64,000 bases of DNA from a virus. Below, piece by piece: positions 56,056 to 64,000 of this stretch. Where the stretch lies: IMG/VR virus record IMGVR_UViG_3300024346_000007; one strand, written 5' to 3'. The position numbers were made by a program, and so were the translations under genes. Below the pieces are notes generated by a model, which had not been told where the DNA came from, ran no database searches, and saw only the letters and a program-made list of their open reading frames with translations. Within the stretch, counting starts at the first letter, position 1, and the number at the start of each line of letters is the position of its first letter.

Positions 56056-57155
56056 TATTCTGTTACTTTAAAAAAGTATTGATCATCAAATATTAAAGTA
56101 GATCCACTAATCACTGTCTTTATAAGTATCTTGTAATACCTTTCTGGTTCAAGCCCATACATATAAACATCAAAATAGTTTCCCTGTAAATCTGCACTAA
56201 TCTTTGTGTACTTATTATCAAACTCTACTACTGTAATATCTGATTTTACATCCTTTATTGAGTAGTAACTGCTAGATGGTAGATACTTTTGGGTTGTGTA
56301 TATAGAAGAGGTGGCGTATGTTCTAGTAGGTATCAAATCTCTGACGTTGAGTCTGAATCTATGTATCTCATCTTGGTTGAACTCTCCTTTGTTGTTTGCT
56401 AATGCTATCCTTACATCTTGCGATCCTACTCCAGTTACAGAAGATCCAGATATAGAGTATTTGGAATCATCCCACTTAAACTCTAAAACTGGAGGATACA
56501 CAGTGTTTGTGTCTCTTCCAAAATAGTTAAGAGTGAAGTTGTAGGCCTCATTAAATTCTAATGATCCAGATATCTTTACTAAGAATCCTTGATTAGAGAT
56601 AGAACTAGATACAAAGGCTTTTACAGCAGAAGATACGTCTATATTAACATCTTTATTTGTGTATATTCCAAAATCTTGCGTAGACTTATAACCAGTATAC
56701 CAAGTACCCCCTCCTGAATTTATGCTCGTATATGATGCGGTTACTCCAGCAGAGAAGTTTGCAAGGGCCCAAGGGACTGTTTTTCCCGATTTCGTATACA
56801 ACCAAGATGCACCATTGGTAGGTATTGGACTGTCTCCAAATCTGCCAGTACCCATATCCCAAACACCAGATACAGGGAACACCTCTATTGAGTAATCAGT
56901 AGGTAGTCCGGTTGAGTTTGCTAAATATAGTTTTATACTACTGCTAAAAGATGCCGTACCAATATAATTGCTTACAACTTCCGATATATCATCGTCTGCA
57001 AACTTTAATAAGAATCTTGCTGCTGATGACTGCGATGGGTATAGTAGACTAGTATTCTTAGTCAGTTCCAAAATAGGATCCATACCAGAGTTTAGTGTAC
57101 CATAATCCGAGTACAGAGTAGTGTCTTTTTCAGCAAATATTTTATATACAGCCAT
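56055..57155 (-). CDS. Virion structural protein (baseplate region)
   Basis: EKDTTLYS...N.G.DPILEL...RFLLKF...PPVLEFKWDD; beta-rich. Confidence 0.6.
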   Translation of the reverse strand: MAVYKIFAEKDTTLYSDYGTLNSGMDPILELTKNTSLLYPSQSSAARFLLKFADDDISEVVSNYIGTASFSSSIKLYLANSTGLPTDYSIEVFPVSGVWDMGTGRFGDSPIPTNGASWLYTKSGKTVPWALANFSAGVTASYTSINSGGGTWYTGYKSTQDFGIYTNKDVNIDVSSAVKAFVSSSISNQGFLVKISGSLEFNEAYNFTLNYFGRDTNTVYPPVLEFKWDDSKYSISGSSVTGVGSQDVRIALANNKGEFNQDEIHRFRLNVRDLIPTRTYATSSIYTTQKYLPSSSYYSIKDVKSDITVVEFDNKYTKISADLQGNYFDVYMYGLEPERYYKILIKTVISGSTLIFDDQYFFKVTE

Positions 57156-57166
57156 TTTTATTTATA

Positions 57167-57625
57167 TTAATAAGCAGAGTATGCTGCTTTACCGTTTACT
57201 TTAGTAGCACGTAGTATTTGTTTTCTTTGCTTTCCTGTTGACTCATAAGACACATGTACCCAATCTGGGTTGTCCTTAGTTCCAAACTCCCATATAAGTT
57301 GATCAAACACAAGATTATCCTTAATATAATCAAATATTTGCTTATTAGTTACAGAGGTGCCATCCATATCCAGATCAAGGGCTTCTCCCTGGCAATGTTG
57401 AGAGGTCAAACTTCCCCCAATAGCAGCATTGAGCTCCTTACTTCTGTATCCAGAAGAGATGTGTATAGGCACTTTAAAATGCTCACGGATTGGCTCAAAA
57501 ACCTTTTCAGCTATCAGTTTAAAATTTTCTATGTGTTGAGGAGTTGGCATATTGCTTATTCCTTTTCTTTTTGCTGATTCACTCCTGGTTACCTCTGCTA
57601 GTACCAAATGTTTAGATAATTGCAT
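57167..57625 (-). CDS. Peptidase M15 family endolysin / cell-wall hydrolase
   Basis: ISSGYRS.ELNAAIGG, SQHCQGEALD, FDQLIWE, WVHVSY. Confidence 0.88.
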   Translation of the reverse strand: MQLSKHLVLAEVTRSESAKRKGISNMPTPQHIENFKLIAEKVFEPIREHFKVPIHISSGYRSKELNAAIGGSLTSQHCQGEALDLDMDGTSVTNKQIFDYIKDNLVFDQLIWEFGTKDNPDWVHVSYESTGKQRKQILRATKVNGKAAYSAY

Positions 57626-57637
57626 TTTATATTATTT

Positions 57638-59533
57638 TTAGTATGTTACAACTCTTCCGTAGATGTCAGTATTAGGATACCTAACTTCAAAAATAGATGG
57701 ATCCAAGCTAGGGTATATTATATTATTTTTGGTTGCGCCTTTAATATCATACCCATATTTTGAATATCCATTTACTTCTCCGTATTTATTTACTATCTCA
57801 ACTTTTATTACACTCTGAACTCCTTTTATGTTTCCACAACTTATTATGTTGGTCAGTTCTGATAAAAGTATCGGTTGGTTTATCTGCCACTTATCTATGT
57901 TGAAATAGTCTCTTACTGCATTTAAACATTGGTTTAGCACTTCCCTGCTATTGTATGAAGGCAGTACTACTACATCGAAATTTATTCCTATGTTTATATA
58001 GTATGCATTTTTTATAGCTATAGCATCTGTCATTATCTTATACTGAGATATATAGTTTTTTAAATTCTCCTTTACTGCTAAAGAAGCCTCAGTTAGTCTC
58101 TTGTTTGCATCATAAGATAATACATAAAGACTCAAAGCCAAAGGATTATTGTCTATATAATCCGGCATGGTATCTGTTTGACCTAGCGCAAGATCTTGTG
58201 TAATATAAGCCTTAGCTACTGTACCAAACTTAGGCGGCATACTCAATGCCCTTATAATATGATCTTCTTTGGTTACATTTCTAAGTTGTGTAGGAAAGCT
58301 TGCCATTGTCTTAAGACGAATATCTTCAACAGTGTCTCCGTCACCTCCACCAGAGGAAGGGGCGTCATTGTTAAAAGATACCGATCTTTGTATATATCCC
58401 AACAGTCCTTGATTTAAAGTAGTTGGGTTTAGGGATACTGTTGTTGTGTTTACCTCATACACCTGCGATATATCATTGGATGGTACGTTTGTTTGTGCGC
58501 CACCTCCCACTATATACCTTACAGTCAGGGTAGTGTTGTTTGGGGCAAGACCATAATCCTTTGTGTATATAAAGTTAGAAGGATCATATGCGGCATATAC
58601 TTTAGATATGGAGTCTATGAGGCCCATACCTACATTATCTGGATTTGGTAATATCTCTTCGTCAGGGTTTCCAGATATACCGGATCCAAACTCTATTGAT
58701 AATTGACTTGATTCATTGTATCTGCTTACAAATCTCCTGCTAACTTTTTTTAATCTTAGCAGGTACGGGGTAGTATTGTTATATTGAGATAAGAATGGAT
58801 CATTAAGCTCATTGTTCTTTACTTCTTGGAATACAGTATTCTGAGCTAAGTATGGTACCTCATACCACTTGTTACCATCGCTATCTATGATATCCAATAT
58901 TTGTATTACATTGGTATCTTGTAGAGTAACGCTGTCAAACTTAATAGCTGTTCCAAAAGTGAAGTCTTGAGATTTTATAGTTCCAGCTATTGCTTTTACT
59001 TTTTTCTTTAGTAAGTAATACTCCGGTTGGTTTGTGCTATTGTTTATTTGAAATACACTGACATCTGTTGTATCGAAAGAAGAAGAAAAACTAAAGTCTA
59101 CTGAGTCTTGAGTTACAAACACTACATCACTGTTGGTAAATGATTTTACCTTTGCTTCTTTATCAATTATTAAAGAATATGAATAATCAGGAGAAGCAAC
59201 ACTTGAGTTTATTATTGCAGGTATTTGTTGGTATACATTTAGGTCTACAGTAGCTGTGCTAACTACTTTTGGTTTGTAGCCTAAGGCGTATGCCATGGAC
59301 ATAAGATTTTGCTTATCTTGTGCAAATAGAAGAAAGTTTTCTTGAGTTTGCTTATCTACGTAAAAAGATAGAACATCCCCTACATACGAAGCCATCTCAA
59401 TAAACATGTTCCCAGGAGTTGCCTCAGTGAAGTCATTGTATACCGTTGGGAAATAGCTTTTGGCATATTCTACTAGCGCCTCTTTGAAGCTGGTAAAATC
59501 TTTGTTTATATACTTTATGTCCTTTTGTGTCAT
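57638..59533 (-). CDS. Baseplate wedge subunit (gp6 / baseplate J-like)
   Basis: KDFTSFKEALVEY, EMASYVGDVLSFY, IEFGSG, VRYIVGGG, GGGDGDTVEDIR, QLRNVTKED. Confidence 0.88.
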   Translation of the reverse strand: MTQKDIKYINKDFTSFKEALVEYAKSYFPTVYNDFTEATPGNMFIEMASYVGDVLSFYVDKQTQENFLLFAQDKQNLMSMAYALGYKPKVVSTATVDLNVYQQIPAIINSSVASPDYSYSLIIDKEAKVKSFTNSDVVFVTQDSVDFSFSSSFDTTDVSVFQINNSTNQPEYYLLKKKVKAIAGTIKSQDFTFGTAIKFDSVTLQDTNVIQILDIIDSDGNKWYEVPYLAQNTVFQEVKNNELNDPFLSQYNNTTPYLLRLKKVSRRFVSRYNESSQLSIEFGSGISGNPDEEILPNPDNVGMGLIDSISKVYAAYDPSNFIYTKDYGLAPNNTTLTVRYIVGGGAQTNVPSNDISQVYEVNTTTVSLNPTTLNQGLLGYIQRSVSFNNDAPSSGGGDGDTVEDIRLKTMASFPTQLRNVTKEDHIIRALSMPPKFGTVAKAYITQDLALGQTDTMPDYIDNNPLALSLYVLSYDANKRLTEASLAVKENLKNYISQYKIMTDAIAIKNAYYINIGINFDVVVLPSYNSREVLNQCLNAVRDYFNIDKWQINQPILLSELTNIISCGNIKGVQSVIKVEIVNKYGEVNGYSKYGYDIKGATKNNIIYPSLDPSIFEVRYPNTDIYGRVVTY

Positions 59534-59931
59534 TAGGTTATTTGTATTAGTATTGTATCAGCATCTTTTTTTATAGAGTAGTCTAACTTTATATTAAGCA
59601 GATTTCTCTGTAGATCAGCTGTGAAATCTAAATTATTAACAGTTATCATTGGAAAATATAAACCTAAGTCATCTAAAAGAACTTCTTTTGCATTTGTAAA
59701 ATCATAAGTCTGATCAAATAATAGTTTCCTTAAATCAGCTCCGAACTCAGGATTAAACGGCCTCTCTCCTTTGTTTGTTAGCATGTAGTTAGTTAGGTTA
59801 CTTTTTACTTGATCTTTAGTATTATAGTTTATAGTGAATACATTATGAGTATTAAATGGCAGTTTTATGCCAAGACCCCTATTTGGATTCCTAGCACTGC
59901 TATCTACCGTATACTCTATGCGTCTTCTCAT
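59533..59931 (-). CDS. Baseplate wedge protein (gp25 / GPW-like)
   Basis: QVKSNL..YMLTNKGERPFNPEFGADLRKLLF. Confidence 0.9.
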   Translation of the reverse strand: MRRRIEYTVDSSARNPNRGLGIKLPFNTHNVFTINYNTKDQVKSNLTNYMLTNKGERPFNPEFGADLRKLLFDQTYDFTNAKEVLLDDLGLYFPMITVNNLDFTADLQRNLLNIKLDYSIKKDADTILIQIT

Positions 59932-59932
59932 A

Positions 59933-60358
59933 CTATCCTATTTTTTCTTTCATGTCTTTCCACATAATAGATGATTTATTTATAAAAGGAATAGGCGCAT
60001 CCACATTTGGAAGAGACCCATTCATAGACATTGCCATTCCTGCCTCTTCACTTATCTGAGGCATTGCTGGTTGTTGTGGCGTACTTGTGTACGAAGTTGC
60101 CGGTCTCCTACTAAAATCAGATCCAACAGCTTCTCTAAGCTTGGTTTTAAAATCTTCAGGGTTTTGATAAGACTGTTGAGATGTCGGTTGTGCAGCCATC
60201 TCTCTGGACTCTTTAATGGATTTTGCCAAAAGTTGTTTTACCTCTTTTAGGTCTTTTTTAAAACTAGATTCTAGTTCTTCTCTAACTGCATCCTTAACAG
60301 CTGATTTAACTGCTTCTTTAACCAGCTCTTTAAACAGCATTAATTCATCTTGTGTCAT
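59933..60358 (-). CDS. Hypothetical protein
   Basis: FKELVKEAVK...VREEL N-terminus; TATTTATT variant upstream. Confidence 0.6.
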   Translation of the reverse strand: MTQDELMLFKELVKEAVKSAVKDAVREELESSFKKDLKEVKQLLAKSIKESREMAAQPTSQQSYQNPEDFKTKLREAVGSDFSRRPATSYTSTPQQPAMPQISEEAGMAMSMNGSLPNVDAPIPFINKSSIMWKDMKEKIG

Positions 60359-60383
60359 ATTAATAAATATTTAGTTACACGAT

Positions 60384-61256
60384 TTATGATCCTATATTTA
60401 AAATTGTCTTTAATTCTTCCATTAATTCTTCTGGGGTTGAGAAATAACTTGGAGCTGTTTGGGCTTTTATCATACCAGAAACCTTCTCATAAGCCCTAGC
60501 TATCAGCTGCTTATTATCATATTTCTCTGTCTTTAATATATATTGATTGAAGTTATTATCTGTAAAGTCTTGATAATCAGAAGTTATGCCGTCTCCTAAC
60601 ATGTCATCGGCTAATAGCTCTTCAGCTATGTCTGTGCTTACATAATTACCTTTATCAGCTTCGTCCTGTATTTTTATAGATACTTGAATAGACCTAAACT
60701 TTTTAATTAGCCTATCTAGTATCTGTCTGTTTTGCAATAATTGCCTACCTAATATCTTTACGTACTGGTTTATTATCTCTTTTAGGAAGATTACCTTTAT
60801 TCCTTGCTTAACTACTTGGAATATTGGACCTGTTGCTGGGTTAGCAGTCAATGTTATCTCCTGTGCGTCTAATAAGGCTTTATACACAGTTATAGCTGTT
60901 TGTATAGCTATTAGAGTATTAACAACAGTATTCAGTATAGTTATAGTCTTATTTATTGACTTTATCTTATCCTGTACCCTCTTTTGCAACTCCTGGGCTT
61001 GTGCTAGGTCTTCTCTCCTTATAGTTATTACTAAAGTACTACCTTGTAGTGATATCCTGCCTTTGCTATCAGTCTTCTCTACAACCTCTTTTACTAGCTG
61101 GTCTATCTTCTTTTCAATGTTTACAGTAAGGGAGTTTACCTTATTCAAGGTTAATTGAATAGCGGATCCGAATGGATCACTTACAGCACCTGATATGGCG
61201 TTTATAGTACCGTTGACACTATCTGGTGATGTTACTTTATTTAAGTCTAGTGCCAT
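60384..61256 (-). CDS. Hypothetical helical protein in the baseplate module
   Basis: Long amphipathic helices; coupled ORF. Confidence 0.55.
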   Translation of the reverse strand: MALDLNKVTSPDSVNGTINAISGAVSDPFGSAIQLTLNKVNSLTVNIEKKIDQLVKEVVEKTDSKGRISLQGSTLVITIRREDLAQAQELQKRVQDKIKSINKTITILNTVVNTLIAIQTAITVYKALLDAQEITLTANPATGPIFQVVKQGIKVIFLKEIINQYVKILGRQLLQNRQILDRLIKKFRSIQVSIKIQDEADKGNYVSTDIAEELLADDMLGDGITSDYQDFTDNNFNQYILKTEKYDNKQLIARAYEKVSGMIKAQTAPSYFSTPEELMEELKTILNIGS

Positions 61257-61723
61257 TATATAGTTTTAGATACTTTTGATTTGATAGGAGAGTTATCTTT
61301 AGTATACTTTTCTTTAAATCCATTTAATCTCATTTTTAATAGATTTGCAGCTATAGAGATCTCAGGAAGCTTTGACACTCCCACACCTAATCCTGTTGCC
61401 GCAGCCAAGCTAGTAGAGAATTGATTTAATGCATTTATTATATCATCAATGAAAGATATCACTGAGTCTGCTTTTGCTATTGGTTCGTTTATGCCGTTAG
61501 CCGGCAACCCAAGTTGTATTGAGGGTGAATTAACAATGAACATATACTTTCCATCCTTAGATCCTCTGGGGCCTATATCGAAGTGTACAGAGTCTGCAGC
61601 TGACATACCTACTGTCTTTTTGGACAGTATGAACACAGAATCGTCCTTGCTGTTCAGGATTACCCTGTCAGAATTAAGGATTACTGTATCCTTCTCATAG
61701 CTATTGAAATCTGTGAACCCCAT
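61256..61723 (-). CDS. Baseplate spike C-terminal part (gp5 beta-helix-like)
   Basis: VILNSDRVILNSK, IVNSPSIQLG...EPIAKAD, terminal SKVSKTI. Confidence 0.55.
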   Translation of the reverse strand: MGFTDFNSYEKDTVILNSDRVILNSKDDSVFILSKKTVGMSAADSVHFDIGPRGSKDGKYMFIVNSPSIQLGLPANGINEPIAKADSVISFIDDIINALNQFSTSLAAATGLGVGVSKLPEISIAANLLKMRLNGFKEKYTKDNSPIKSKVSKTI

Positions 61724-61724
61724 T

Positions 61725-63350
61725 TTATTTGAATAATGAATCTACATACTTTTTAAACACTCTTACAGTTATTGGATTTCCTCCATTTATGCCTGGATTT
61801 TGCGCTCCTACTTTTCTAGCCCATGAATTACTCCTTTCTGATCCTAATATAAAATCATCACTTTTTGATATTTTTCCACCGCCAACTATATATGGGTAAA
61901 AAACAGTTCCATAAATAGCATATATATCAGCCCCAGTAAGTCTATACTTGTTAGCTTCAAAATAAGCATCTACATACTTTAATTGTTCTACAGCTGATTT
62001 TGTTATTATTTGATCGAGAGATGTTATTCCGAATTTTTTTAATATAGGTAAGGTTACTCTTGTAAACTGTATAAGACCTGCCGCAGCTATAGATCCGTTT
62101 ACTCTTAAAGCAGCTTTTTCAAAATTTCCTATAGTTTCTTTTTCCATAACCCTCAAAATATCATAGTAGTTAGGAATAGAATATTTAATCGATAATGCAA
62201 CAACTCCTTTTAAGAATTCATTATTCTTAGATATATACCCATCAATTATTTGTTTAACAGTTTTACCTTGAGACTTAAAACTTTTTTCTGAGTATGTACC
62301 TAACGGTGTATTATCTGTTTTAAATTTATAAACTACACTAAAGGACTCAGCTGTTCCTAGAGAATATACAGGAACATCTTCTACTAATACATTAATTTCT
62401 TCTAAATCTTCTCTTTCTGGCATATCTTCTTCATCTACTTCCACATCCCCCTTTACGGTTGGCGGAGTTGGATTACTTACAGGTAAAGAACCTGTAACAG
62501 GGACTTCAGGAGGGATAGGTTTTGCATCTTGCTGTACTAGCGATGCCGTAGATTCTGCTTGTGGCTTTTGGTCTACTACTACCACGTTCTGCTTTTCGCT
62601 TATAGTAACTATCGTATCATACGAATCAAAGTTTGCTGATGATGGTTTGAATCCTGGATTGTGTCCAGACATCATAAATAATATTGATCCATCATTATTA
62701 ATATCTTCAAACCTAGCAGGTCCTGATACTGACGCTGGGTTATTTGATATAACCATTACAGGCTTTGATTTAGCAGCTGTCCAAGGTGTTTTAAACCCAG
62801 GTGTATTAGACCCGACTCTAATACTGCCGCCTCTTCTGCCTTCAATCGTTATATCACCAGGAGCTTTTATAAGCCTCTTTGTCTCACCGCTTGATGTAAA
62901 TTTGCCGGTTACAGATGTGGAGTTTGGATTATTTTTAAAAAAAGAAGCGTCTGGTACTGCATTATGTTCAGGAGCATTCCATACCGATATGATATCTGTA
63001 TAGTAATATTCCGGCTTGTAGTTATCTAAGCTATTCTGTGCTTGCTTACTAATTAATACTTTAACTAAGACAGTCTCGTTAACCAATGGGTATTGCGTAA
63101 CATTACTGTTTAAGGGCCTTGCTATAATAGGATCTGTCTTTGAATCATTAAAATTTATAAAGGGAATACACTCTATAGTGCCTATAGCTCTCCAACCGCC
63201 TAGCTTATTAAATTTATCGATATTACTATCATCTAATAAAATATCTTTGACACGAGCTATAAAAAAGCTTGTAGCTCCCGGAAGGCCTCCCATGGTAGCT
63301 TGTCCCAGCATTTGGGAGAACCCATACGATATAGTATTTGGTGTAGACAC
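61725..63350 (-). CDS. Baseplate hub/spike protein (gp5-like N-terminus) with a C-terminal lysozyme/transglycosylase-like domain
   Basis: ARP...YPLVNETV, GDITIEGRRGGSIRVGS; C-terminal VMEKET...AAGLIQF...SAVEQLKYVDAYF. Confidence 0.65.
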   Translation of the reverse strand: MSTPNTISYGFSQMLGQATMGGLPGATSFFIARVKDILLDDSNIDKFNKLGGWRAIGTIECIPFINFNDSKTDPIIARPLNSNVTQYPLVNETVLVKVLISKQAQNSLDNYKPEYYYTDIISVWNAPEHNAVPDASFFKNNPNSTSVTGKFTSSGETKRLIKAPGDITIEGRRGGSIRVGSNTPGFKTPWTAAKSKPVMVISNNPASVSGPARFEDINNDGSILFMMSGHNPGFKPSSANFDSYDTIVTISEKQNVVVVDQKPQAESTASLVQQDAKPIPPEVPVTGSLPVSNPTPPTVKGDVEVDEEDMPEREDLEEINVLVEDVPVYSLGTAESFSVVYKFKTDNTPLGTYSEKSFKSQGKTVKQIIDGYISKNNEFLKGVVALSIKYSIPNYYDILRVMEKETIGNFEKAALRVNGSIAAAGLIQFTRVTLPILKKFGITSLDQIITKSAVEQLKYVDAYFEANKYRLTGADIYAIYGTVFYPYIVGGGKISKSDDFILGSERSNSWARKVGAQNPGINGGNPITVRVFKKYVDSLFK

Positions 63351-63718
63351 TATGCTGTTGGCATATTTTGATTTGTCAATGCTTTTTTCTCAGCAACACC
63401 CTCTTGTGCAAGTCTGAGAAGCTCTTCCTTCTCACTGTCTGGTAACATGTAATCACCAGTTTCTTTACCTCTAACCATGGCTTTTTGTACGATAGCTACC
63501 ATTTTTATTAGTACATCATCGTTTTTTAGGTTTAAATCCATGTAGGAGGCTATTAGAGGCACCATCATGACTGCATCTCCGGTATTCTGTATAAGATCCC
63601 TGAGTTGTTCAATCATGTCTGTAATCTGCTTCTCTTTGCTTATAGAACGGTCGTATACTTCTTTGAGTAGATCGGAGAATTTTTTCTTGCCGAACACAAC
63701 TTGATCAAAATCTGACAT
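63350..63718 (-). CDS. Hypothetical helical protein (weak terminase small subunit candidate)
   Basis: All-helical 122-aa protein; TATTTATT variant upstream. Confidence 0.4.
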   Translation of the reverse strand: MSDFDQVVFGKKKFSDLLKEVYDRSISKEKQITDMIEQLRDLIQNTGDAVMMVPLIASYMDLNLKNDDVLIKMVAIVQKAMVRGKETGDYMLPDSEKEELLRLAQEGVAEKKALTNQNMPTA

Positions 63719-63729
63719 ATTTATCCTTT

Positions 63730-64000
63730 TTAATAAATATGATTTTCATCGGTTTCTAGTTCACCTTCTAGGTATAATACATTTAATTGAGTCTTATATA
63801 CAGATTTCATCACTTTTATTACCCTAGTTACGTTGGCTGTGTTTTGTCCGGTGATCTCCCGTACATACAAATAAAAGTGCTGTTTATTGAAAACTTCTAG
63901 GTTTTCCCTTCTTCTGAAGATCTGTAATATGGCGTGGGCTATGGATTTATCTATGTCCAAAGTAAATAGATTGTCCATGTTTTCATCCATGTATTTAACA
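63730..64000 (-). CDS. Partial CDS (3' end), possibly a phage sigma-factor-like / HTH protein
   Basis: Frame open to the window edge; C-terminal LYVREITGQNTANVTRVIKVMK looks HTH-like. Confidence 0.45.
   Translation of the reverse strand, partial: VKYMDENMDNLFTLDIDKSIAHAILQIFRRRENLEVFNKQHFYLYVREITGQNTANVTRVIKVMKSVYKTQLNVLYLEGELETDENHIY

Noticed and set aside
15426-63417. Remaining plus-strand ORFs in the track
   Set aside because: All are antisense to well-supported minus-strand genes and have no recognisable motifs
1-64000. Stop-codon reassignment, as in some Bacteroidota phages
   Set aside because: Core genes are full length in the standard code, coding density is high, and TAA, TAG and TGA all end genes
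1-64000. tRNA or rRNA genes
   Set aside because: Intergenic gaps are almost all under 80 nt, and I saw no cloverleaf or T-loop signature

Overview
This window is a 64-kb segment of a large, AT-rich T4-like (myovirus) phage genome. Essentially every real gene is on the minus strand and reads intact in the standard code. The host is probably a Bacteroidota member: there are TAnnTTTG promoters, A-rich leaders without Shine-Dalgarno sites, and a Q-rule signal peptide. In transcription order the window holds: a partial sigma-like gene; baseplate genes (gp5-like hub/spike with a lysozyme-like domain, gp25, gp6, a large wedge protein, a tail-collar-like protein) with an M15 endolysin among them; Pro/Thr-repeat virion proteins flanking a six-gene glycosylation island (GT60, GT-B, GT25, GT11, FkbM, UDP-galactopyranose mutase); a GIY-YIG nuclease and primase; a run of small putative head-packaged proteins with holin-like and spanin-like genes; terminase, portal, prohead protease, scaffold, major capsid protein and PhoH; neck and tail-terminator genes; a 1978-aa Gly-Ser/Thr collagen-like fibre with an S74 chaperone; three LamG lectins; another Pro/Thr mucin-like protein; and a second glycosyl/methyltransferase cluster. 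The most striking signal is an apparently phage-encoded mucin-type protein O-glycosylation system, in which a GT60 initiating enzyme and extending enzymes sit next to mucin-like acceptor proteins. That island lies between the two halves of a split baseplate gene. All family assignments come from motif recognition, not database searches.
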